Assembly (NCBI GenBank): GCA_026388865.1
Contig: JAPLIX010000367.1
Location: 1 to 30,811 of the forward strand
DNA: 30,811 nt
Reading direction: 5' to 3'
From: Pseudomonadota bacterium
GTDB taxonomy: Bacteria > Desulfobacterota > WTBG01 > CAIYCZ01
Shown here: in pieces, positions 7,618 through 17,094 of the stretch
How positions within the stretch are numbered: the stretch's first letter is position 1
Layout: each line of letters opens with the position of its first letter
Notes under the pieces: model-generated
What the model was told of the DNA's origin: nothing
The model's database searches: none
What the model saw: the letters and a program-made list of their open reading frames with translations, nothing else
Made by a program: the position numbers and the translations under genes

Positions 7618-7738
7618 GGCTGGTAAAAAACACCCATCTGCTGCGTTACGCTTATCCCTCGTCATTGCAGCGTACTGCGAAGTACGCTGCATTTCTCGTG
7701 ATGTCGCGCGCCTTGCATCTGAATGTTTTTTACCAGCC
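7618..7738. repeat. 121-bp MITE/REP-like element with 15-bp terminal inverted repeats
   Basis: GGCTGGTAAAAAACA (7618-7632) / TGTTTTTTACCAGCC (7724-7738); internal 11-bp stem TGCAGCGTACT-GCGA-AGTACGCTGCA. Confidence 0.75.
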
Positions 7739-7782
7739 GGGGAAAAACAGCTTTTCAATAAACTTAATAGAGCCCGTTCTCC

Positions 7783-10615
7783 ATGGTTTCCCCCATTGAC
7801 ATAACCAGAGAAGATCTGCGCCTTGCCCTGTGGCGGGGCACGCGGCTGCCTGATGTAGAGCAGGCACTGCTTAAGAAGCTGAAAGGGCCGCTGCCCGAGG
7901 AAACCGCAGCCGAACCGCTTTATCTGCTGCGCCGCCTGAGCCCGGACCTTGCTTCTTATGTATCTCAGTGGCTCGAGGGCACCTACGCGGAAAATGTTTC
8001 CCGCACCGCAACCGTCACAGACCTGACCTTTATCCCCTATCCCTGCCGCGGCATCAATGTAAAGGTATACCTTGCCCCGTTCATACGGAAGCTGCAGCCT
8101 GCAGCCATTGCCATCGATGCTTCTGCGGCTGCCGCAGGGGCGGCGCTGCACTACGGCTTTTCCCTGCTCTATGCCCTGAAGATACCTGCGCGGGTCGGCC
8201 TGTGCGAGGGCCAGGCCTGCTATGAAGAAAGCATTTTTCAGCCGGGGGATTTTCTGCCGGAGCTTGCAGCCTACTGCTATCGCTCACGGCTTCCGCTCGT
8301 GCCCCTGGCAGCGCGCCCGCATCTCATTTCCTCTCTGTACCAGAAAACCTACAGCGAGCTTCTTGCCTCAGCTGACAACCTCTTTGCCGAACAGGCGAAG
8401 CCAGGCGGCAGCGAGCAGGCACTGGGGAAGAAGGCCGCACGCCTTATGAACTCGGTATTTTCCACCGGGCTTGATTTGAACCTTGAACGGGAAAACGCCA
8501 TCAACGAGGCCTGCTACACGGTAAGCAGGCTTCTTGACCTGTGCCGCTACGAAGGGTTTGCGAAAGCGAAAGGCAGCACGGTGCTGGTGCTGTATTCATT
8601 GCCCCATGCGCTCGACCTGCCTTCGCTGGCAAAAACATTTCTGGATAAAAAAGCTCTCTACGGAGAGATATATAAATTTCCGGAACCGCAGGAGCAGGGG
8701 AGTCTGCGCATGGCGCCGCTGGATGTGTGCGAGCTGTCAGGCGGTGAACATACCGTGCCGGGTTTGTCCGGTGAAATGGAAAAAGTGCTTGATGAGCTGC
8801 TGCAGAAGCGGATGCGCGAGGAATTGTCGCCTGACGAGGTTGACCGCCTTGCAAGTGCCATAGCCGGGGCAACCAGGCACCATCCGCTCATTGCCCGGCC
8901 GGGCGGGGTGCGCGGCACCCTTGCCACCCGGGACATTGCCCAGGCCTACGGGCTGCTGCGCGGGCGGGTTACCCGCAGGACGCTTGCCGAGGCTGCCGGT
9001 ATTGCGCTCTGCCATCGCAATCAGGCGAGCCCCGGTGAAGACGCTTCCATTGCAGAAATCCTGAAAAGCATTATCAGCCGGGTGGTCTATGCAATCCCGC
9101 TGTTCCCCGAAGCACAGGAGCACGCTCCGGGCTCGTCCCGGCCGCTCACGCCCGAGGAGATTGCCCGGGCCCTCATGGGGCTTACTGATGCAGCTGTGCG
9201 CCAGCTTGGCCCCGGAGAGGGGCTGCCGCTTGATAATCCGGGGTTTGCCGAGGAAGCGATGAACCACCCGCTGGTGCAGCAGGCGTTAAAAGATGCCATG
9301 GAGAAGGGCCTGCTCAATAACATGCAGCAAAACTACCAGGACCTGCTGAAAGAGCTTGAAGACCGGGGCTACCTTGATCTCTCCGGCTCCTCGGATATGA
9401 CGATGAGCGATGAAGGGCAGAAGCACTTGAAAAAGAGCCTTGAGGAGATGCTGGCCACGGGGGAGATAACCGCCGAAGAGCTTGCCAAATACCTGAACAA
9501 TGCCAAGGGGATGCCCAAGCCGCCGGGGGCAAAAGGAGATAAAATTTCCATTCCGCCAAAGGCTCTGGGGGAGATGCTGGCCGAGCTCATGGACTTTCAG
9601 CATCAGGGTCGCTCCCAGACTTCCTCTCTGGAAGACCTCTATGTGCACTACACCCTGAGCGAAAAAAAGGGATTAGAAGTTTCCCAGCAGAAGATTGATT
9701 ACGAGAAGCTGAAAATTCTCATCCACGACCTGGAAAAGAAGGGGATGGTAGCGCTCGGGGAGGGGGGGAAGCGCTTTACCCTTTCAAGCCTTGCCCTGGG
9801 CAAACTCCTGGAGAAGCTGGTGAAGCGCCAGCAGAGCCAGTCTCTGGAGCGGCGCGCATTCAAGCCGGAAATGGAGATAGACAAAAGCGATGTGCGGCGC
9901 TTTCGCACCGGCGACGTGTTCCGCCACATCTCGGTCCGGCACAGCCTGCGCCGGCTCATGAGAAAGGGAAAAGCGATTGATGATATCAACCGCTCGGACC
10001 TGCGCTCGTTTGAGAAGAGGCCCTCGCAGCAGCTTGATGTAGCAATATGCGTTGATGTCTCGGCATCGATGAAAGACCATCGCGGAGCTGGCAAAGGCAG
10101 CGCTCGCCAAGCAGGACCGGGTGGGCATTGTATCGTTCTCCAACCTGGGGCAGGTGGTGGTGCCGCTCACCGACAAGATGCAGCCCATCCTTGCAGCCGC
10201 CATGACCATGAAGGCCGAGCAGTACACCAACATCGGCAACGGCCTCATCTGCGCGCGGCGCATACTGCTCAAAGAGAAAAACAGCAACCCCAAGTACATC
10301 GTGCTCATAACCGACGGCCAGCCCAACGCGGCGCTCATCGAGGAGCAGGACGGAAGCCGCGACACCCGCCGCGTGGTCTCCTACTCGCGCGAGATAAGCA
10401 TGGAGCGGAAAGAACTCATCGGCACCCAGCACGCGCTCACCGAAGCAGGGAAAACCAGCCGCAAGGATATTAAGATCTCAGTCATCTTTATCAGCCAGGG
10501 AGAAAGCCAGGGCGAGCAGCTTGCCCGGGAGATCGCCCGCATCGGACATGGAAAATTTCACAAGGTGCTTGCGGTTGAGCGCCTGCCGCTTGAGGCACTG
10601 GCAACGGTCGGGTAA
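7783..10615 (+). pseudogene. Large vWA-domain protein (unknown N-terminus, AAA-lid-like segment, helical region, C-terminal vWA), frameshifted at about 10078
   Basis: Frame 1 is coherent up to DVAICVDVSASMKD (MIDAS DxSxS, ends 10077). The +1 frame resumes at 10079 with IAELAKAALAKQDRVGIVSF...TNIG...VLITDGQPN to TAA at 10615. Lid-like segment ATRHHPLIARPGGVRGTLA...ALCHR. Confidence 0.8.
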
Positions 10616-10744
10616 GCTAAAAGCAGTTATTTTTGAGAGCTTGAAAAAACCGCTGCTCAGTAGATAATTAATCCAGGCACAAGCATGGCAAAGAGGACTG
10701 CATTGGCGATGACTATGACTATCGGATTATAATAATATCTAAAA

Positions 10745-10776
10745 ATAAGGCGGAGCCGGCAACGGCTCCGCCTTAT
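10745..10776 (-). terminator. Intrinsic terminator
   Basis: 14-bp perfect stem ATAAGGCGGAGCCG-GCAA-CGGCTCCGCCTTAT; T-run follows on the minus strand. Confidence 0.75.
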
Positions 10777-10847
10777 AGGTAAGCCTGCTTTTCTCATGTT
10801 GGTATTGAATGTGTGTCTCAGGTCATGAGGCAAGCGTCCGGAGCTGA

Positions 10848-11348
10848 TTAATACCTGAGCATAAGCGGGGTAGTGGGCCGGACAGGATTATTCGTATTTA
10901 TGTCATAGCCGTCATAGATGATCCGGTCCAGAGAGATGCCGTCACTATACAGCTTTCCCCGCACCGTCACCTCATCCCTGCGTTTTCTCGCTTTGATTCC
11001 AACGTCTACGGCTAAAGGATCCGGAAAGTATCGGTACTTGTCCTCGTAGCAGCGCAGTTTCATCCCATCTTTTTCCAGCATCAGGTACCAGGTCCAGAAT
11101 AAACTTTTCCCGTAATAGGTAACAGGGGTGGACAGCTCAATATCGTTTCCCTTGTACAGATCATAATGAGCCATAACCTCCTTTAAGGTAGTCACAATGA
11201 CTACATTCTTATCCTTGTATTGCGCTTGATTCTTCAAATAGGTGTCGATGTCAACCTTGATGAGCGGTTTCGGTGCGCAGCCTATTATGCACGCCAGCAA
11301 CAATACAGTAAGTGTCTGTTTTTTTAGTAATCCAATCATCTGAAACAT
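10848..11348 (-). CDS. Putative lipoprotein, possibly OB-fold-like
   Basis: 166 aa; hydrophobic leader with lipobox-like IIGC; YKDKNVVI / YKGNDIEL repeats; VTVRGKL. Confidence 0.65.
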   Translation of the reverse strand: MFQMIGLLKKQTLTVLLLACIIGCAPKPLIKVDIDTYLKNQAQYKDKNVVIVTTLKEVMAHYDLYKGNDIELSTPVTYYGKSLFWTWYLMLEKDGMKLRCYEDKYRYFPDPLAVDVGIKARKRRDEVTVRGKLYSDGISLDRIIYDGYDINTNNPVRPTTPLMLRY

Positions 11349-11519
11349 CCCCTGTTATTACTGGCCCTGCTTATAAGTGATACATGTATACGTTATCTGT
11401 AAGTCCTGTCTTCCGGATTTCCTGCAACATCAGATATACATCTGTCATTACTCACCGCCCCATATCAGCGGGGTGCTCGATTTATTTACAAGGAGAGCAA
11501 TCAAGGGTAATGCAGGCAG

Positions 11520-13253
11520 CTATTCAGCCAGCCTGAATACTTTGGCGCCTCCGGCATTTGACTGGGAGGAAGATGCATTATTGGCCCCCACATACATGGT
11601 TTTGTTAAACACGGCAAACCCTTCATACGCCAGCACTGATGTATCGCCAAAACTGTTGCCGGTTATGCGGGTCCAGGTGGTTCCGTCAGCGGTTTTCCAG
11701 AGCTGGGATCCGGTTGGCGCTATGTCGCTTTTCTGGAAAATGCAGCCTGCATACAGTGTGTCGTTAAAGGGAAACAGGTCTGTTGAGATGTTCGCATAGG
11801 TGCCCTGGAATGCGGGGTCATTGGTCTGCAGCAGTGCTCCGTCAAAACCGACCGGATACGCTGAATCGCCGCCCACGCTGTAGGCCCAGCTTCCGGCGGC
11901 AGAGCTCCCGGTGGTAGTGTACATCACCCGGGTGCCGCCGAGAGAATTGATGCCGGTGAACAGCTTGTTCTTGAAAGACGCAAGGCTCCAGGGCATAAAG
12001 TTTCCGTTAAACATGGTACACGAGTTGCCCTGGCCAAACCCGTTCAGCTCCGGTACGCTTGAGTCAACGATCATCACCCATTCGTTATTGACAAGCTTTG
12101 CCACCCGCGAGCAGGGCCCCTTATCCTGCGTGCAGCCGGAGCAGCTGGTGCCGGTTCCGCCGGCATACAGCAATGATTGTCCTGAGACATCAGAGGCACA
12201 GAGGTACGTGATGCTGCTGCTGACCGGCTTCTGGGAATTTTTATAGCCGGGGCTGGTATGGAAGTTCCCGAAGCTGTTGGTCGGCTGGGTCACTTCCCAG
12301 GAGTCCCCGTCAGCGGTGAACCAGACCTGCGCGCCGTTATCATAGTTGAGGCCGGTGCTCACATAGAGCTTATTATTAAACAGTGCCATCTTGGTGATGG
12401 CCTTGTTCCAGTAATCGCCGAAACCGCTTTGATCATAGCCGGTCCCGATCTCATAGCTGTCACCCGGCTGTACCGCGCCAAGATCGTACTCATATGCCGG
12501 GAACGGATTGCTGTAATGTTTCTTGGCGCAGATGGTATATTCAGTGCCGCCGTCACCGGCAAGCTCATTCTGCTGCACCGTGAGAGTATCTGCGGTGTTG
12601 CTCACGATATCAAACTTGCGGAATTTCCCCTCGCCGGAGGTAATCCGCAGGGTGCCGCCTGCCCACTGGTCCGCAGTCCAGTTCCGGGTATTGTCTGTAA
12701 ACTGGGCGGTCGTGTTCCCGTCATGATCGCCGCAGCTTGAAATCGCTGTAATAGTGCCGGCTTCATCAGCCCCTTTTTTATCAGAAATAACCGGCTCCCA
12801 GTTTTTGCCGTCGTATCGCCAGATCTCACAGCCCGATGATTTAAGCACGTTCCCCTGCACGCCGGCAGAAAAACCAAAATAGAGCTTGCCCTTAAATTCA
12901 ATGATACCGCCCCAGAGAGCGTTAATAAGAGGATTTCCGTAGATGCCGTTAACAGCACCGTCCGGGAACTTTACCTGCTCCCACCCGCCGCCAGTGGTTC
13001 TCCACACCTCGGTTCCCTGAATATCGTTGCGGGTCATGGCGTACAGGCGCCCCTCGTATTCACCGAGGGCAGCCACTGACATATTATTAGCATTGCCGAA
13101 GCCCGGCTCGCTGACCTGCTCCCATGTTGAGCCGTCCTCGCCAGTGAACGTCTCAATGGCGTTGGGGGTGTTGGTACAGCCGTTAAACAGCGCGACTGCT
13201 GCCGCAAGTGTTATTACAACCGGGAGTATCAGGGTGCCTTGTTTTTTGAACAT
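11520..13253 (-). CDS. Exported lipoprotein, probable beta-propeller with an inserted domain
   Basis: 577 aa, RBS AGGAGG; leader ending FNGC; recurring blades such as LGEYEGRLYAMT..GTEVW, IEFKGKLYFG..GCEIW, ALFNNKLYVST..GAQVW, FNDTLYAG..GSQLW. Confidence 0.75.
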   Translation of the reverse strand: MFKKQGTLILPVVITLAAAVALFNGCTNTPNAIETFTGEDGSTWEQVSEPGFGNANNMSVAALGEYEGRLYAMTRNDIQGTEVWRTTGGGWEQVKFPDGAVNGIYGNPLINALWGGIIEFKGKLYFGFSAGVQGNVLKSSGCEIWRYDGKNWEPVISDKKGADEAGTITAISSCGDHDGNTTAQFTDNTRNWTADQWAGGTLRITSGEGKFRKFDIVSNTADTLTVQQNELAGDGGTEYTICAKKHYSNPFPAYEYDLGAVQPGDSYEIGTGYDQSGFGDYWNKAITKMALFNNKLYVSTGLNYDNGAQVWFTADGDSWEVTQPTNSFGNFHTSPGYKNSQKPVSSSITYLCASDVSGQSLLYAGGTGTSCSGCTQDKGPCSRVAKLVNNEWVMIVDSSVPELNGFGQGNSCTMFNGNFMPWSLASFKNKLFTGINSLGGTRVMYTTTGSSAAGSWAYSVGGDSAYPVGFDGALLQTNDPAFQGTYANISTDLFPFNDTLYAGCIFQKSDIAPTGSQLWKTADGTTWTRITGNSFGDTSVLAYEGFAVFNKTMYVGANNASSSQSNAGGAKVFRLAE

Positions 13254-13506
13254 AATAATCCTCCTTTTTTTTAAAAAAGAGATACAACGTTTAAGCCTGT
13301 TTAATTAAGTTTAACATAAAGAGAGTACGAGAGCAATCTCGTGCACTTTGCTCCCAAGAAACGCGTTTCTTTCAAGAACAATCCCGAAGCCCAGCGCCAG
13401 GAGCATTTGCTCGCGAGGACTATTTTATTGAAACCGGCTCAAAGATAGTATAGTGAACATTTCAAGGACACATAACTCCCGCTGAGATCGACAGAGCTTA
13501 TTTACC

Positions 13507-13587
13507 ATGATACTCATTGCAGACAACCTGACCGTAACCAACAGGGCTGTGCAGAGGGCTCTTGAGGAATGGTGGAACGTATGGTAA
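13507..13587 (+). pseudogene. 26-codon stub resembling the N-terminus of a pterin-binding (dihydropteroate synthase / AcsE-like) protein
   Basis: MILIADNLTVTNRAVQRALEEWWNVW*; the first ~21 aa match a recalled MILIADNL start; not searched. Confidence 0.4.
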
Positions 13588-13706
13588 CAGAAGAAGAAAT
13601 GCTCGAAGCAAAGCAGCATGCGCGCAAGGCAACCCGGCCTTCTGAGGATTAAAATACAGCAGGCTACGGCCTTTACTCTTGCGGTGTTTTTAAAAAAAAT
13701 ATACTG

Positions 13707-13772
13707 TTCAATCAGGAACTCAAGAAATCAGGAATTTTTTCCCAGCGTGAGTTCCTCAAGTTCCTGATTGAA
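13707..13772. repeat. Inverted-repeat element (REP/MITE-like)
   Basis: TTCAATCAGGAACT (13707-13720) / AGTTCCTGATTGAA (13759-13772), with internal TCAGGAA and GTTCCT sub-repeats. Confidence 0.65.
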
Positions 13773-13791
13773 TATCAGCAGAATAATTTGT

Positions 13792-13823
13792 CTCAGTGTT
13801 CCCGATGGCTATCGGGACTGTGG
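13792..13823 (+). repeat. 32-bp REP-like palindromic element; second copy inverted at 30141-30172
   Basis: CTCAGTGTTCCCGATGGCTATCGGGACTGTGG; its reverse complement matches 30141-30172 at 30/32 positions. Confidence 0.75.
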
Positions 13824-13849
13824 TTTATTTCGTAGCGAAAGGAGAGTAT

Positions 13850-15313
13850 ATGAAGACATTTAAAACCGTTTCCTGCCTGATGTGTATCTGCGGCCTGCTC
13901 TTTTTCTGCGCCGCGCCCGCTGCTCCGGCAGCTTCCCTCCCCCGCATGTATCCCACCTGCTCCTACCAGGGAAGCTGGAAGGAGATCGGTAAACAGACCG
14001 CCATGCATTACGGCGACACCATCATGTATACCGGCATAGTCTTTAACAACTTTATGAATATCGGAGCGGAGGAAACCCTCGCCTACTATGATGAAATCAA
14101 AGGACGCATTCCTGCAGCCATACAGGAACAGATGGAGGGCCTGGCACAGGGGCTGAATGAATACTGGTCCGTTCCCTATGACACTGCCTGGACGTGGGTG
14201 CTGGTAGCAAACCTCGGCTTTGATATCATGAGCAAGCACACGCTGGACAAGGAAGTCCAGGGCTGCACCGCTTTTGCCCTGCATTCTGACCAGGGGACAT
14301 TTCTCTGCCACAACACCGACAACGCATCCGCCAACGTGGATCTGGGTTCTCTGATTTATTACCAGCCCGACAACGGGGACAATGCCTTCCTGTCCTTCTT
14401 CGCTGCCGCGTTTGTCGGCGCGGCGCTTGCCGTCAATGACAAGGGACTTGCCGTCACCTACAATGTGGGCGGCCGAAATAAAAATCCTGCCGCAGGATTG
14501 ACCGTGCTTTTGAAAACACGCGAGGTGATGGCCACCTGCGGCAGCGTGGCGGAAGCCGTTGAGAGCTTTAAAACATTTCTGGATGCGGGCGGCACCTACG
14601 GCTACGCCACGTCGAATTTCCTGTTTGTAGATTTTAAGGATTCCTCCATGGCCCGGCTGCAGGTCAGCTCGCGTGAAATAAAAGTTACCTACGGACAGGA
14701 GCTGAAACCGGGGGTAACCTATATTGGCTTTACCAATGAGTTTGACGATGACTTCTCCCCGCGGACAGAGGCGGATCTGGCCAAAACTTCGGTTATTTCC
14801 TCGCAGACGCGCTACAAGCGGCTTATGGAACTTCTGCCTGCCTTTGAAAAATATGATCTTGAGACCTGCTGGGAAATACTGACGGACAAATCCGGCGGAG
14901 AGTCCGACAATAACACCATCTGCCGCCGCGGCCAGAGCACCATCACCACCCTGGCAAATATTTTTACCGCAGACACGGCATACTACGCGGTAGGCCCGCC
15001 CTGCGAATATCTGGCACTCTACGGCGCGCCCATGGCCGTGGGCCTTGAGCAGAAGGTACAGCCTTCTATCGGTGGCAGCGTTACGGCACTGGGCAGGCCA
15101 CTGGCCCATGTCCCGGTTGTCCTGGAAAGCACTTCAATGAAAGGGATGACCCTTAAAACCTGCACCGATGGAAACGGCGCGTATCTGTTTAATAACCTGG
15201 AAAGCGATACCTACAGATTACGGGTGAAAAAATTTCCGCACGTGCCCGGAAGAAAAGTTGTCGATTTTCAGAAAGGAACGCAGCAGACTATTGATCTGAA
15301 TCTGCTTTTTTAA
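13850..15313 (+). CDS. Exported C45-family Ntn hydrolase with C-terminal carboxypeptidase-regulatory-like domain
   Basis: Start moved to ATG 13850 (RBS AAAGGAG; signal peptide MKTFKTVSCLMCICGLLFFCAAPAAPA). YQGSWKEIGKQ, nucleophile GCTAF, HNTD, AVNDKGL; tail GSVTALGRPLAHVPV...TDGNGAYLFNNL. Confidence 0.82.
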   Translation: MKTFKTVSCLMCICGLLFFCAAPAAPAASLPRMYPTCSYQGSWKEIGKQTAMHYGDTIMYTGIVFNNFMNIGAEETLAYYDEIKGRIPAAIQEQMEGLAQGLNEYWSVPYDTAWTWVLVANLGFDIMSKHTLDKEVQGCTAFALHSDQGTFLCHNTDNASANVDLGSLIYYQPDNGDNAFLSFFAAAFVGAALAVNDKGLAVTYNVGGRNKNPAAGLTVLLKTREVMATCGSVAEAVESFKTFLDAGGTYGYATSNFLFVDFKDSSMARLQVSSREIKVTYGQELKPGVTYIGFTNEFDDDFSPRTEADLAKTSVISSQTRYKRLMELLPAFEKYDLETCWEILTDKSGGESDNNTICRRGQSTITTLANIFTADTAYYAVGPPCEYLALYGAPMAVGLEQKVQPSIGGSVTALGRPLAHVPVVLESTSMKGMTLKTCTDGNGAYLFNNLESDTYRLRVKKFPHVPGRKVVDFQKGTQQTIDLNLLF

Positions 15314-15374
15314 CCGCAGCGCCCGGGGCAGCCGGTGCCGCCCCTGCCGGCAGTCTCGCTGAGAATAACACGTT

Positions 15375-15407
15375 AAAAGGCCATGGAAATGCTCCATGGC
15401 CTTTTTT
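15375..15407. terminator. Bidirectional intrinsic terminator
   Basis: AAAAGGCCATGGA-AATGC-TCCATGGCCTTTT plus T-run, between convergent genes. Confidence 0.8.
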
Positions 15408-15441
15408 ATTAAACCTGCTGCGGGCATTGCGCGGCGAAGAG

Positions 15442-16146
15442 CTAGCGCGCGAAGAACAGGTCATTGACCCGCTCAATCGCGCCGCTTCTGCCAAACAGGA
15501 TGGAGTAGAGTTTGACCGCGGGGTCGTGGTTGATAACGGTCTGATGATAGTTCTCAAAGTCTGCGTCAGCGTTTCTTTTGTTATCATCTGCAACAGAAGC
15601 TGCCGCATCTGCAAGCTCCAGGAATACATCAAGGTATTCATTAAACAGCGCAAGCGCCCTGCTGTCCAGTTCCGGCGGCACCTTTACATAACAATGGGCC
15701 TTTGACATGATATCGTTTATCTTCCCTTGGAGCGTCAGGGGCGCTGCAAAAAGCTCCCGGTACCTGCTCTTTATCTCAAGCAGCCGCTGCTCAACCCTGA
15801 GCCCGTCCCACCGCTCGCTGCGCACGGTCGGGTGAATGTCCACAAGAAACGCCCGCTTCGCTCCCATGAGAATTGTTTCCGAGGAAAAGATGGGGAGATA
15901 GAATTCAGGCCTGAGCCCGATAAAGATCGAGCGGGAGCACCGGGAAGAGACCAGGAAGTTTGTGGTAAGAACCATCACCCGCAGGAATTTATCAGATTCA
16001 TATACTATACCGTCAATTTTGATAATCCCCAGGGCCCGCAGGGGCCGTTCGGGAAACGGGTGCTTCAGGGCAATCTCCCTCAAGCGGTAGCGGCTGGTAA
16101 TCCGGTCAAGAAAAAGGGTATGAATATCTTTTAATTCTTCTGCCAT
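15442..16146 (-). CDS. Ferredoxin-dependent bilin reductase / RCC reductase-like protein
   Basis: Likely start ATG 16146 (MAEELK). Family-like motifs RPEFYLPIFSSE, DIHP, FNEYLDVF, YHQTVINHDPAVKLYSILFG...VNDLFF. Confidence 0.72.
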   Translation of the reverse strand: MAEELKDIHTLFLDRITSRYRLREIALKHPFPERPLRALGIIKIDGIVYESDKFLRVMVLTTNFLVSSRCSRSIFIGLRPEFYLPIFSSETILMGAKRAFLVDIHPTVRSERWDGLRVEQRLLEIKSRYRELFAAPLTLQGKINDIMSKAHCYVKVPPELDSRALALFNEYLDVFLELADAAASVADDNKRNADADFENYHQTVINHDPAVKLYSILFGRSGAIERVNDLFFAR

Positions 16147-16172
16147 GAAAACGGTCCCCCTGTGCAGCAATG

Positions 16173-16796
16173 TTAAGTGTCCTGTGCCTTTGCTATTTCT
16201 TCAACGAGGCGCACGCCCAGGGCAAAGGTCTGCTGTATTTTTTCCGCATACCGCTGTTCGTCGAAGTTATGAATAAATCCCACGTAGAGTCGCTCGATGA
16301 CCTCCACCTCCTCAACCATGAAATGCCCTGACATCACTTCAAAGCAGGGCTCGGCCATATCCGCAAATTCTTCCCGGGCGCTTCCGGTAGCAAGCAGCAG
16401 CGCCTTTTTTTTAAAATTCTGTTTTACCCGTGCATCAGGGATTCCAATAGCGCCTTTAGTTTTGTAAAACATGGGAAAGCGCCGTTCAATGAAAGCTTTC
16501 ATGACAGAGGTAACGGTAAAATCATACACCGGGCAGGCCATGATGTAGCCATCAGCTTCCAGATATTCTTTGAGGATACCGGCCATATCATCCCTTAAGG
16601 GGCATTTCCCGATGGAAAGCTCGTGGTTCCCATAAACACATTTATAACAGCCGCGGCAATAGGTGATTTTATATTTCACTAAATTAAACTGTTTTACCTC
16701 AGCACCTGCGCTCGCAGCACCCTTTAAAACACTTTCCGTAAATTGAGAGCACAGCCCCCTGGTGCGGGGACTTCCCATAAATCCTAAAATCTTCAT
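16173..16796 (-). CDS. Flavodoxin-fold iron-sulfur flavoprotein (Isf / NADPH-dependent FMN reductase family)
   Basis: Start ATG 16796 with RBS AAGGAG; MKILGFMGSPR, CRGCYKC...C, ADGYIMACPVY...MKAFIER. Confidence 0.87.
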   Translation of the reverse strand: MKILGFMGSPRTRGLCSQFTESVLKGAASAGAEVKQFNLVKYKITYCRGCYKCVYGNHELSIGKCPLRDDMAGILKEYLEADGYIMACPVYDFTVTSVMKAFIERRFPMFYKTKGAIGIPDARVKQNFKKKALLLATGSAREEFADMAEPCFEVMSGHFMVEEVEVIERLYVGFIHNFDEQRYAEKIQQTFALGVRLVEEIAKAQDT

Positions 16797-17001
16797 GGAC
16801 AGGTACTCCTTGGGAAATGAATAAATTATACCGAGGCTATAATGCCTTGATAATTTATAAAAGAGTATATGAGGATAAAGAAGGTGTGTCAATTTTTATG
16901 AGAGAGATGATATATTTTCCGGGCAAGCTTTTTTATCAACAGTATGTTTCTTCAGATATGAATCATTGTCGCATCTCTACCGGCTTTTTTGTTCATTCTG
17001 C

Positions 17002-17030
17002 TTGCATCAACGGCTTTTAACCTCTATACT
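17002..17030 (+). promoter_or_regulatory. Candidate sigma70 promoter for the AOR gene
   Basis: TTGCAT-N17-TATACT, 64 nt upstream of ATG 17095 (RBS CAGGAG). Confidence 0.55.
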
Positions 17031-17094
17031 TTTTAAATATTTTCAAGCAAACGCAGGCAGCAGAAGCAAAGCATTTTTTTAACAGGAGAAACCT

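Noticed and set aside
6602-7633. 343-aa minus-strand ORF
   Set aside because: Exact antisense of the AAA ATPase; typical shadow of GC-biased coding DNA.
10060-10090. Programmed ribosomal frameshift in the vWA gene
   Set aside because: No slippery heptamer or obvious stimulator, and residues appear to be missing rather than merely shifted.
10078-10473. C-terminal ~130 aa of the 896-aa ORF
   Set aside because: Out-of-frame read-through after the frameshift; the vWA motifs lie in the +1 frame.
13793-15109. 438-aa minus-strand ORF
   Set aside because: Antisense shadow of the C45 hydrolase.
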